From Macrostomum lignano (Eukaryota), in contig NIVC01003293.1 in assembly GCA_002269645.1 (NCBI GenBank), positions 136,194 to 200,193 of the forward strand: a stretch of DNA of 64,000 nt, written 5' to 3'. Position numbers and translations under genes: made by a program. Of this stretch, positions 42,081 through 55,239 are shown piece after piece. Position 1 is the first letter of the stretch. Every line of letters begins with the position of its first letter. The notes beneath the pieces are model-generated. The model was not told the DNA's origin. It saw only the letters and a program-made list of their open reading frames with translations, and did no database searches.

Positions 42081-42504
42081 TAATTTTTTTTGTCTTGGCG
42101 TTAAAAAGCTTTAATTAAAAAAACTCTACTCTCTAAAAATTCGAACCATCGTCCCTGCATTTAGCAGTTTAGTCTGTTTACCTCTAGGCTAGCTCTCATG
42201 AATTTTAGTCATTACCCCTAAATAGAAAATATTCCCAAGACAGCAAGCATCCCCCAGTAGCAAGCATCCCCTAATACTCCTAGCAAGCATCCACCCAGAT
42301 AGCAAGCATCTGCAGATAGCAAGCATCTGCAGATAGCAAGCATCTTGCAGATAGCAAGCATCTTGCAGATAGCAAGCATACCCCAAATAATGTAGAAGCA
42401 TCGTTCCAGATAGCAAGCATCCTGCACATAGCAAGAATCCCTAAATAGCAAGCATCCCTGGATAGAAATAATCCTATACATGTAGCCAAGCTTATCAAGC
42501 GCAG

Positions 42505-43826
42505 TAATCCTTGGCTATCGAGTGCAGTAATCCTTGGTTTATTAATAGCAATAATCCATGGCTTATGAGTGCAGTAATCCTTGGTTTATTAATAGCAATA
42601 ATCCTTGGCTTATCGAGTGCAGTAATCCTTGGTTTATTAATAGCAATAATCCATGCCTTATCGAGTGCAGTAATCCTTGGTTTATTAATAGCAATAATCC
42701 TTGGCTTATCGAGTGCAGTAATCCTTGGTTTATTAATAGCAATAATCCTTGGCTTATCGAGTGCAGTAATCCTTGGTTTATTAATAGCAATAATCCTTGA
42801 TTAATCAAGTGCAGTAATCCTTGGTTTGCCAAGAGCAATAGTCCTTGGTTTATTGAGTGCAGTAATCCTTGGTTTATTAATAGCAATAATCCTTGGCTTA
42901 TCGAGTGCAGTAATCCTTGGTTTGCCAAGTGCATAATCCTTGGTTTATTAATAGCAATAATCCTTGGCTTATCGAGTGCAGTAATCCTTGGTTTATTAAT
43001 AGCAATAATCCATGGCTTATCGAGTGCAGTAATCCTTGGTTTATTAATAGCAATAATCCATGGCTTATCGAGTGCAGTAATCCTTGGTTTGCCAAGAGCA
43101 ATAGTCCTTGGCTTATCGAGTGCAGTAATCCTTGGTTTGCCAAGAGCAATAGTCCTTGGTTTATTGAGTGCAGTAATCCTTGGTTTATTAATAGCAATAG
43201 TCCTTGGTTTATTGAGTGCAGTAATCCGTGGTTTATTAATAGCAATAATCCTTGGCTTATCGAGTGCAGTAATCCTTGGTTTGCCAAGTGCATAATCCTT
43301 GGTTTATTAATAGCAATAGTCCTTGGTTTATCGAGTGCAGTAATCCTTGGTTTATTAATAGCAATAATCCTTGGCTTATCGAGTGCAGTAATCCTTGGTT
43401 TATTAATAGCAATAATCCATGGCTTATCGAGTGCAGTAATCCTTGGTTTGCCAAGAGCAATAGTCCTTGGCTTATCGAGTGCAGTAATCCTTGGTTTGCC
43501 AAGAGCAATAGTCCTTGGTTTATTGAGTGCAGTAATCCTTGGTTTATTAATAGCAATAATCCTTGGCTTATCGAGTGCAGTAATCCTTGGTTTGCCAAGA
43601 GCAATAGTCCTTGGTTTATTGAGTGCAGTAATCCTTGGTTTATTAATAGCAATAGTCCTTGGTTTATTGAGTGCAGTAATCCTTGGTTTATTAATAGCAA
43701 TAATCCTTGGCTTATCGAGTGCAGTAATCCTTGGTTTATTAATAGCAATAATCCTTGGCTTATCGAGTGCAGTATTCCTTGGTTTGCCAAGAGCAATAAT
43801 CCTTAGCTTATCGAGTGCAGTAATCT
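42505..43826. repeat. 48-bp satellite made of two alternating 24-mers
   Basis: ATCGAGTGCAGTAATCCTTGGTTT + ATTAATAGCAATAATCCTTGGCTT, with a GCCAAGAGCAATAGT variant. Confidence 0.96.
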
Positions 43827-44478
43827 AAGTGTTTTTATTTAGTCCTTTAATAAAAGCTTTTAATAAAAAATTTTACACTACTACTTAGATTCGAACCCAG
43901 GTCACTGCATTAGCAGTCTGGTCTGTTCTGCTCTAGGCTAGCTCTCATCGAAGTTATCAGTGAATTTGTACCACTTATATAATTCAACACTCACACCAAG
44001 TCAGGTAGAGTAAAAAGTCACGCGAAGCAGTTATGACATAATCAATTTCTTAGGCAAGTCAGTACCAGTGTCTATGAAAGCTAACAATATGGTTACGTAA
44101 TATAAATTCAGTACTGCACTATACTTTCACACTCAAAGCTGTGACGCAATTCAATTGAGTGTCAAATTCAGCCAGTACACAGACGATAAATAAAGTGTAT
44201 TGTGATGCAATCTATTTCAGAATCAGAATTCAACCAGTCAGTTTTTTCTCTAGCATTTTTACAGTGCGTTTCAAGTCGAAATAGCTGCTTGACCTTTGCA
44301 AAAAAGCATGTTTTTCGAATATTTAATCCCTTTAGCATCGAGCAATTTCTTAGCCACGATGCATGTACCGTCACGGAAAAATTTCTGATCGAATGGTGCA
44401 AGTTCGAATAAAATCGGTTGAGCCGTTTTTGCTAAAATCGATCACACACATACCAACAGACCATTTTTAGTATATGGA

Positions 44479-47400
44479 CTAGCAATCTACGCCCCCAGTT
44501 GGGGAGCCAAAGAAATGCAATACACGTTTTTTTAATAAGCTAAATGTATCCTTGAAATCTTAAAAAATCTCCTGTCAAACCTTGTAAGCCTTGACTTGTC
44601 AGTTATCCCACCACAAGCTTTAACATATCAACTTCCCCCCTTGACATCTCAGCAATGCCCCCAATAAGCCTTGGAAATCTAAAAATATCTGTCAACCTTC
44701 TAACCCTAACCCTAGCCTAACCCTAACCCTAACCCTAACCCTAAAGCATTGAAATTTCAGTAATTCTCTCTAAGAGTCATTATAGCACTACTACAGCATT
44801 ATAGCGATTCCTTGCAAGCCTCAACATCGTAGGGATTCCCCAATGAATCTCTTAACTTCGACATGAAGCTTCTTTTATTCTTTACATTACGCTTTTTTAT
44901 CAGCGATCCCTCCCCTGAGGAGGCATCAAATAATGTAATAAAAAGTTTTCAATAAACTACATGTAGCTTCTGACTTTAGCCTTGAAATCTCATTTATACC
45001 CCCGTGAGCCTTGACATCTCAGCTATTCCCCCCGTAAGCCTTGACATGTCAGCTATTCCCCCCCGTAAGCCTTGAAATCTAAAAAATCCCCTGTTAACCT
45101 TGAAACCCGATAAAATATAACCCTCAACCCACACCTGACCTAAACCTAACTTTAACCCAACCTAAAGCCTTGAAATCTCAGCAATTCTTCTCCCCTAAGC
45201 CTTGACATTTTAGTGATTCTTTCTTTAAGAATCACAGCACTATAACGATTTCCACCAAGCTTTGACATCGTAGCAATTCCCAAATGAATCTTTTAACTTC
45301 GACATGACTTTTCTTTTATGTATAATAGTGCTACTTTTATTTTTTACATGACTTTTCTTCTATCAGCGCCCCCCCCGTGACGAGCCAACAAAGAATGCAA
45401 TAAAAAATGAGTAAAGTACATGAACTTTGAAGTAGCTTCTGACTTTTGCTTTGACATCTCAGAAACCCCCCCCCGTAATCTCAGTTATTCTCTGAGAGCC
45501 TTTGCGTCTCAGTTTTTCTCCCCAGCACAGCATTATAGTTGCATTTAATTTTTACATGAACCCTTCATGTCTGACATGACGTTTCTTTTATTCTACCGTG
45601 ACGCTTCTTAATTTTTTAAATGACACTTTCATTAGTTTTAAATGAGGCTTCTATGATTTTTTCTTGACGCTTCTATGATTTTTACATGACGCTTCTATGA
45701 TTTTTATATGACGTTTCTATGATTGTTTACATGACGCTTCTATGATTGTTTACATGACGCTTCTATGATTGTTTACATGACGCTTCTATGATTTTTTACA
45801 TGACGCTTCTATGATTTTTTACATGACGCTTCTATGATTGTTTACATGACGCTTCTATGATTTTTTACATGACGCTTCTATGATTGTTTACATGACGCTT
45901 CTATGATTGTTTACATGACGCTTCTATGATTTTTTACATGACGCTTCTATGATTTTTTACATGACGCTTCTATGATTTTTACATGACGCTTCTATGATTG
46001 TTTACATGACGCTTCTATGATTTTTTACATGACGCTTCTATGATTTTTTACATGACGCTTCTATGATTTTTACATGAAGCTTCTACGATTGTTTACATGA
46101 CGCTTCTACGATTGTTTACATGACGCTTCTATGATTGTTTACATGACGCTTCTATGATTTTTACATGACGCTTCTATGATTGTTACATGACGCTTCTATG
46201 ATTTTTTACATGACGCTTCTATGATTGTTTACATGACGCTTCTATGATTGTTTACATGACGCTTCTATGATTTTTTACATGACGCTTCTACGATTTTTTA
46301 CATGACGCTTCTATGATTGTTTACATGACGCTTCTATGATTTTTACATGACGCTTCTATGATTGTTTACATGACGCTTCTATGATTTTTTACATGACGCT
46401 TCTATGATTTTTTACATGACGCTTCTATGATTTTTACATGAAGCTTCTACGATTGTTTACATGACGCTTCTACGATTGTTTACATGACGCTTCTATGATT
46501 GTTTACATGACGCTTCTATGATTTTTACATGACGCTTCTATGATTGTTACATGACGCTTCTATGATTTTTTACATGACGCTTCTACGATTGTTTACATGA
46601 CGCTTCTATGATTTTTAATGACGCTTCTACGATTTTTACATGACGCTTCTACGATTTTTTACATGACGCTTCTATGATTTTTTACATGACGCTTCTATGA
46701 TTTTTTACATGACGCTTCTATGATTTTTTTACATGACGCTTCTATGATTTTTTACATGACGCTTCTACGATTGTTTACATGACGCTTCTATGATTTTTTA
46801 CATGACGCTTCTACGATTTTTTACATGACGCTTCTACGATTTTTTACATGACGCTTCTAAGATTGTTTACATGACGCTTCTATGATTTTTATATGACGCT
46901 TCTATGATTGTTTACATTACGCTTCTATGATTTTTTCATGACGCTTCTATGATTGTTTACATGACGCTTCTATGATTTTTTTACATGACGCTTCTATGAT
47001 TTTTACATGACGCTTCTATGATTTTTACATGACGCTTCTATGATTTTTACATGACGCTTCTATGATTTTTACATGACGCTTCTACGATTGTTTGCATGAC
47101 GCTTCTATGATTTTTAATGACGCTTCTACGATTTCTTACATGACGCTTCTACGATTTTTTACATGACGCTTCTATGATTTTTTACATGACACTTCTATGA
47201 TTTTTACATGACGCTTCTATGATTTTTACATGACGCTTCTATGATTTTTACATGACGCATCTATGATTTTTACATGACGCTTCTATGATTTTTTTTCATG
47301 ACGCTTCTACGATTGTTTACATGACGCTTCTATGATTGTTTACATGACGCTTCTATGATTTTTTTACATGACGCTTCTATGATTTTTACATGACGCTTCT

Positions 47401-49470
47401 ATGATTTTTTTTCATGACGCTTTTACGATTGTTTACATGACGCTTCTATGATTTTTACATGACGCTTCTATGATTTTTTACATGACGCTTCTACGATTGT
47501 TTGCATGACGCTTCTATGATTTTTAATGACGCTTCTACGATTTCTTACATGACGCTTCTACGATTTTTTGTAGGACGCTTCTATGATTGTTTACATGACG
47601 CTTCTATGATTTTTTTACATGACGCTTCTATGATTTTTACATGACGCTTCTATGATTTTTACATGACGCTTCTATGATTTTTTGTATGACGCTTCTATGA
47701 TTGTTTACATGACGCTTCTATGATTGTTTACATGACGCTTCTATGATTGTTTACATGACGCTTCTATGATTTTTTGTATGACGCTTCTATGATTGTTTAC
47801 ATGACGCTTCTATGACTGTTTACATGACGCTTCTATGACTTTTACATGACGCTTCTGTGATTTTTCATGACGCTTCTATGATTGTTTACATGACGCTTCT
47901 ATGATTTTTTGTAGGACGCTTCTACGATTGTTTACATGACGCTTCTACGATTGTTTACATGACGCTTCTACGATTGTTTACATGACGCTTCTATGATTGT
48001 TTACATGACGCTTCTATGATTGTTTAAATGACGCTTCTACGATTGTTTACATGACGCTTCTATGATTGTTTACATGACGCTTCTATGACTTTTACATGAC
48101 GCTTCTATGATTTTTTACGTGACACTTCTATGATTTTTACATGACGCTTCTATGATTTTTACATGACGCATCTATGATTTTTACATGACGCTTCTATGAT
48201 TTTTTACATGACGCTTCTATGATTTTTTACATGACGCTTCTATGATTTTTTTACATGACGCTTCTATGATTTTTTACATGACGCTTCTATGATTTTTACA
48301 TGACGCTTCTATGATTTTTACATGACGCTTCTATGATTTTTTGTATGACGCTTCTATGATTGTTTACATGACGCTTCTATGATTGTTTACATGACGCTTC
48401 TATGATTTTTCATGACGCTTCTATGATTGTTTACATGATGCTTCTATGATTTTTTGTATGACGCTTCTATGATTGTTTACATGACGCTTCTATGATTGTT
48501 TACATGACGCTTCTATGACTTTTACATGACGCTTCTGTGATTTTTCATGACGCTTCTATGATTGTTTACATGACGCTTCTATGATTGTTTACATGACGCT
48601 TCTATGATTGTTTACATGACGCTTCTATGATTGTTTACATGACGCTTCTATGATTGTTTAAATGACGCTTCTACGATTGTTTACATGACGCTTCTATGAT
48701 TTTTCATGACGCTTCTACGATTCTTTACATGACGCTTCTACGATTTTTTACATGACGCTTCTACGATTCTTTACATGACGCTTCTACGATTTTTTACATG
48801 ACGCTTCTACGATTGTTTACATGACGCTTCTATGGTTTTTACATGACGCCTTTAGTCCTTTAATTAGTCCTTTAATAAAAGCTTTCAATAAAAAAAACAT
48901 TTCTCTACTAAGATTCGAACCCAGGTCGCTGCATTGGCAGTCCAGTCTGTTCACATCTAGGCAAGCTCTTATCGAATTTATTAATGAAATATTGTAGCAC
49001 TTATATAAAATTTAACACTCACTCACGAAGCAGTTATGACATAATCAATTTCCCAGGCAAGTCAGTATCAGTCTCAATTAAAGTTGACAATATGGTTACG
49101 CAATCTAAATCAAGTCTGGTGCTACGCTTCCACACTGCATTTTCAATACTGTGACGCAATTCAAGTCGGAGTTACAATTCAGTTATGATGCAATCTATTT
49201 CAGAATCAGAATTCAACCAGTCAGTTTTTTCTCTAGCATTCTTACAATGCATTTCAAGTCGAAAAGTTTGCTTGACCTTTGCAAAAAAGCATGTTTTTCG
49301 AATATTTAATGCCTTTAGCATCGAGAAATTTCTTAGCCACGATGCATGTACAGTCACGGGAAAATTTCTGATCGAACAGTGCAAGTCTCATGAAAATCGG
49401 TTAAGCCATTTTTTCTCTAATCGATTACAAGCAAGCAAGCAAGCAAGATTTTCATTTTTAGTATATAGGA
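44479..49470 (-). mobile_element. Satellite-filled Helitron-like element, right unit of the tandem pair (4992 bp)
   Basis: A|TCctatatactaaaa 5' end at 49470, (TTGC)n, family core and tRNA-like segment at about 48912-48968. 3' hairpin at 44492-44504 and CTAG at 44482-44479. Confidence 0.8.
45640..48850. repeat. ~3.2-kb array of the 20-21-bp ACATGACGCTTCTATGATT satellite
   Basis: About 150 tandem units; same consensus as 40930-42080. Confidence 0.97.
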
Positions 49471-52400
49471 TTTATGATGGTAACTTGTAATAAATTAAAT
49501 ATACAATTGAGACGTGCATGTATTTGTTTGGCTTTGCAGTTTCCGTATTCTAGCACTCGTACTTACAGTTGATTCATTAAATCTGCTGATTTCTAAGTCT
49601 ATTTTATGTAGTATGTGGTCGAGCCCTTCTGCTTGATCCTAATAGTGATCCTTGCAGCTGGTATTCTAGAAGCAATCAACGGCAAGAGGCTACTAGTGTT
49701 GAGTCAGTTGCGCCAGCTCCCCTTTGTATTTGCATCTGATGAAGTCACGCACCGCACCGCAGCACACTTTTGCGATCCAATGAAAAGCGGAAGTTTCGAA
49801 CAGGAATACAATAGAGAAAATTTTGTGCAGAAAAGCTGTGAACAATGCTACTTATCATATTTGGAGGACAGAATTTCATTGAAAGTGACAGGACAACTGT
49901 ATGGAGAAAGCATCTGTCCTTTGTTTTGTCACGAACTACTTGAGTGCTTTTTATCACAGGACCCGAAACGCGGTCATCCTGCAAGAACGTATTTTTTGAA
50001 GCCTGGAACTTTATTTACGCGCATTCACTTCTGCACGGTTGGGTGGCAACTGGACTACTTTAGATCTTATGGAACAAGGCGTAGCTCCCTCTCTGCTAAA
50101 AAGCAGCCGGGAGAGTCATGTACTTGTTTTTGCTGTTGTTTTGCAAAAACAAGTTGTTTTGTTTTGTACTAGTTTTTGAGATTTTGCTGTGCTACAATTT
50201 TATTTAGCTATGGTACGAAAGCATGGACCAATAAGTTTAGACTTTCAACTACAAACTAAAAAACGGTATCCGTCTTCAAAACATCAATTGTCGACAAGGA
50301 CTCAACAATGTTCGCCGAAGGAAGACGAAAGGAACAACTGCTCAGGTTTCCTCAGAGTTTCTAGAGCACTCCAGCGAGCCACTGATAATTGGAACAATCA
50401 GAATTTCCGCTTCCTAACTGAGACAAACACAGTGACGGACGTCCATTGGGTCAGAAGGAATGTGCAATCTGTAACCTCACAGTGTGCAAGAAAACGACAA
50501 ATAAATTTAATATTCCTGGAGCAACTAAGAAATATACAAGCTTGACTGACACACAAACCTTTTAGAACTGAGAATGAATTTCGCAGACAACAGACAGCAG
50601 ACTAACAGACAACAAGATACGGTGTCAGATAGTTGTTAATCTTAAAAACTACTTAAAACTTTAAATCCGAACAAAGTCACAAGGCTTCAAAAGGCCAGTG
50701 TGCGTCGCGTCAACTTCCTGTTCGAGCAGGTCCGTCAGCTTCCAGGTCTGTAGAGATCTCCAAACACAGTAGCCTACTAAAATTAGTAACATAAAATTAT
50801 GAACACAAATTTAAAAATAGCTATGTGTCATACTCTATTTTTAGTAATACCAGTCATATCACGCAAACAGCGAGTGGCTATGCTATTGTCCGAAAAACCG
50901 GTTCTCGACATCTATTTTTAGAACTTCCAAATATGGTAAATGTTAACCTGAATGTGACCCAAGTCTCACCCCTTTCTATTCAAAAACCCCACCTGTCAAA
51001 TAATAAAATTCCTTTCGTGAACTCATAAAAAAACCGGTTTTGACCTCAAGGTCGACTCAGGGCCGAAAAATTGTGTATAAATACAAACGCAAAATCCGAG
51101 CTGAAATCTCAGACTCGGAGCAGCCTCCAAAGATCTTGGGCTTTGCAAGAGCAGCCAACGAGGCTATATCTCTGAGGAAGTGATAAACACCAATTGGTAA
51201 GCTTTGTTTGAGACTTCGTTATTTTGATTATTGAGAGCGATTATTATTGCCGGCCGTTACTGTTCAGTTGATTTCACTGAGACTATTGAGTTTGAGGCCT
51301 CCCATTTTCCTAAGGGATTGGATAGGATCTGCGGACCGATTCCGATACCCTTAGAGGATTATCGATTGATTGATTTGGTTATCCTAGATTAACCGATAGG
51401 AGTACACTACTCCGATTCCGTTAGTTCTAGAAGAAGATGCCCTTTTGGAGGACCTCGCGTTATTATAGAAGTTGATTCTGTTATTAGGGCGCATCGTTGA
51501 TATTGATTTCTGCACTCGAGGAATACATTGATTTCGGCACTCGAGGAAATACTGCGACGTCGATTTTATTGTTACGCTCTCACTTTCGGCCGATTCTAGA
51601 CTTCAAGAAGATTCCTCCGGAGAAGAAGATTGGAAGAAGCAAGTTCTAGACACGCGCGCAACAAAGAAGAAGAAACAAGGAACGAGCTCGGAGAACCTGC
51701 CCGACGAAGAAGAGGAGCCCGCAACAGTAAGTGCACTACATTTTTGTTCCCAGGCTTAAGTGTCTGGAAGTGGGAGTTTTCGGGGGACTGATCACCTCCC
51801 GAATCAACTCTTCAGGTCTAGGCGTTGTAAAATCGGCCACCACTGGGATCAATGTCATTCTCTGGCGGTCGGGTGGGGCTTTGGACTGCAAGACTGTCTT
51901 CATACGAGTAGAACGAAGAAAAGAATTCTCTCGGACGTCGGGAATCAGACGAGCTGCTGACATTGCGGACGTTCCGTTGCCTGTTTGTCAACGCCTCGGC
52001 ACAAAACCGCAGCCTCGATGTTGTCCAGCAAGCAGAGCACGACAGTCTTCTGCTGGTCGACCACCAAACCGACACTCGTTGCAGAAATAAGCAGCTTGTT
52101 TAGCTAACCCTCGACAATTGAGCGCAGCAGGGTGAGATCGTTGGTTTAGAGCCGCAGACACTGTCAGTAGTATTTCACTGCGCTGTGCAGTCCTTGTTGA
52201 CTGTGAATACGTGACTGGCGAGGACCGGCAGCTCGCCATGCAGCTTTATCGGATGTATTTGCAGGGGCATGATTTTTAAGTTTGTAAAATTAGTTATTTT
52301 TTATAACAGGTACACTAATTAAGAGTCGTGCTTACTAACAATTATACTACAAGTAGTGTATACAATGAATTTGCATTCTGTATATTATATAAACTATTTT

Positions 52401-55239
52401 TCCTTCTATTGCTCCAATAAGTAAAGCAGATAGCAAAAGTTCTATATAATGTTTCTTCATACGTGTAGTACAGGCTCGTACAATTCAATTCTACTGTAAG
52501 TATAATATCAATACAATGATGGGTGTAAAATACTTATGACTATAAGTATGATAAAACTAGAGAGGTTATTGTTCATAAAGCTATCTTACCCCCCACAAGG
52601 CCTGTTGTTGTACGCAAAAATACCAATAACTTTCCACACGTTTTCTAACGAACTTTAACGAACATTATAAAACTTTAATGGAAGTGCTTTTCAAAAGGGC
52701 CAGGGTGTCCCACAGACACAGCAAATATTTATTTAGCCCGAGAAACAGAGAGTGTACATGCCTGGTGACAGGAGGCCAGGGGCCGCTGTACACCCTGTGT
52801 GCGCGTGTGCTCGTGTACGTCAGCAGAATGAGTATGACAGCTTGCTTGCTCACTCCAGCTGCGAGCCTACTGGTCATTTTGATTTTTCGCAGAACCCAAA
52901 AGCCAACCGCTTGCGGAAACGAACTTGCAGAGAGTGGCACCATGCCAATTGTCTTGCCATGCGTTTTCTACCCCAATTGCATGCTAGCTAATCTAAGTGT
53001 TGCGGCAATTCGCTGCAATTTTGCTGTGTTCCATCTTTTAGCAGGACAATGCCAACAGCCACCAATTCACTGGCTCTTTCCCGCGCACCCGTGAATATTT
53101 CATGAAAGGAAAGCAAGGCTGTAGGACAAAATTGCCAGTAGATGAATTTTGGAATTGGGAATAGAAAATGATTTGCTTTGGGGAGGCGGGAATCTTTCAG
53201 ATGCGTTTCTCAGGCAAAGAAATTTGTACTTTAAAGGCAAGGAAAATTCTAATGCACTAAAAAGATCCGATAATTCAGCCGTGTAAAATTTGTTGGAGAC
53301 TTTTAGACAAATAATTATGAGCGTATAACCATTTGAGGCGATTGGGGTCTACCAAGTCTCGGAAATCTTAGAAACAGCGCTCTGTGCTGCTGTCACCAGA
53401 TAATTGATTTAAAAATGCTGAGAGACTTTTATCCCATAGTGGTTTATCGAACTGTTTTGAAGCAAAAAACTAACAAAGGAAAACAGAGACTTTTGAGACC
53501 GACCTCTCAACGTGGACCCGGAGAGCTATATCAATGGAATCTACGACAACGACCTCACCCTCAGAGACAGCTTCAGAGCCCAGAGAATGGCTTCAGTCTA
53601 ACCGAGTCGGCAAGATTCTCGAGCAGATCTCAAGCGGTAGGCGTTCAGATCTAACTGAATTTCAGTCTTTAACTTGGGACCTAAAACCCCAGGCTAAGAG
53701 GCACTGTAATCTATTAAATTTCATGTATATTGCGCTAGAGAGAATGCCTACAGTTGCAGATCACTATCCATATTTTGGCTCCGGCTCAGGGGTCCGAGCT
53801 GAAAACGCTTTAAAGTTCAAAGTTTTAACTTTTAAAGTGTACAGGACGCTGGACGGCGACCCCAACCCAGTCTTTAGCATGAACTCCTACTGGACATTAT
53901 ATCAAGTAGTGAGAGGTACTTGAGTCCTAAGGTACCGACCTGCCGATCAATTTGTTTGATGGCCAGATAACAAAAAAACAAACGAAATTTTTCATATATA
54001 TCGGTTTGAGACTTTGTTTGCAATTGAAAAAAGTACTTGAGTACATAGGTTGAGTACATAGGTACAAAATTTCGGGTTGATATGCCAAAATATGGACAAG
54101 TGTGGTTCCTCGCGTTTTAGACTACTGGTGCTTAGAGTGCTTAGTGCTTTCTACACTACAGTGCTTAGTGAATTTACTGGTTTGAGTTGGTAGAATGCTG
54201 CCACCAGGTTCCTGATATTCCCAAACCCTAGTATAACCCTAAAATTCGCGATCTACCCCCGTCGTAATTACTTTCCCTGGCCGAAACTACTGACAGTAGT
54301 GTAAAAGCAAATCTATCCCGTGACTAAATTCTGCCCCTAAATTATGCTCTACTACAATAAACTGAACTAGCCCTGACGATGTCCATTGTGGACGAAATGC
54401 ATCGGCAATGAAATAAGATAAGAGAATATAGAAAAATAGAATAGTTTATATGCTGATTCCTTATTTCGTGTATTTACTTTTCATTAAGCGAGCTACTTTA
54501 CCTGAATTACTTCCAACAACTCTATCGATAGTCATATTACAAACGACAGTTTCAGCTACGAATAAAGCCATATAAATAAAGCAAGCACCTAGGACTATTT
54601 AAGTAGAAGAATTGATTAGTTCTTGGCGAGCGCTCACTTCGCTTGCAAACTCGTGAAACTACTCAACAGACGAGCAATACTCTCGTAACTCGTGAGTAAA
54701 TGCTGACTTGATTCCTATGGCCTGTACCCTCGTATGAGTGAGTTCATGAGTAGAAAACTATTCTTATAGCTGCAATAACTTTATTAAAATACATTCACAG
54801 GTGTCTGCTAATAATCCAGGAAATTCATTTCGACTGATGAGTGTGAATAACTTAGTAAAATTTACTCAGGGAGTTCAGAAGTTGTGGGCATGCATGCCGA
54901 AGACTTGTGAATCAATTATTGCATTCGATTTTTCACTCGTAGCTAGCAAAATTTCCCATAAACTTCCTATTCCCATTGGTGAAAGTACTTTTGCCTAGCG
55001 CGAGAGCTAACAGACGCCCGGCCATGATTTCCTCAGTTGCCCAGTGAAGAATTTTTGAGTATCTTACCAACCATTCCCATGCTTCATGCACACTTGGGAG
55101 GGGATAGAAGAAACTGCAAACGCCTCCCCGTGCCTTGAAAAGCTTTTGGCAAAACCGTTTGCTGGTTAACTGCCCTTCATTTGCTCTTGAGCTGATGCGG
55201 GATACAGGTAGAGGCATTCACCTAAATGTAAATTAGGCT

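Larger units (their letters stand above)
39585..44478 (-). mobile_element. Satellite-filled Helitron-like element, left unit of a tandem pair (4894 bp)
   Basis: 5' TC at 44478-44477; 3' hairpin at 39598-39615 and CTAG|T at 39588-39584. Contains (TAACCC)n at about 39938-40000, a 20-21-bp array, an 18-bp array, a 48-bp array and two tRNA-like segments. Confidence 0.8.

Noticed and set aside
42511-43828. Multi-pass membrane-protein-like ORFs
   Set aside because: Translations of the 48-bp satellite.
43885-43946. Functional tRNA-Ser(GCT) gene
   Set aside because: The B-box and an anticodon-loop-like stretch are present, but the acceptor and anticodon stems do not pair.
19630-48850. CRISPR-like interpretation of the 20-21-bp arrays
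   Set aside because: Units are directly adjacent with no unique spacers; they are ordinary tandem satellites.
49615-50545. ORFs of 185 and 118 aa, possible transposase remnant
   Set aside because: No recognisable motif in any frame read.
52665-53923. Short ORFs (possible zinc-finger-like or unknown exons)
   Set aside because: No convincing motif or consistent splice structure.
54933-55217. P-transposase-like RGG motif ORF on the minus strand
   Set aside because: Single weak motif adjacent to a degenerate Gypsy region on the opposite strand.
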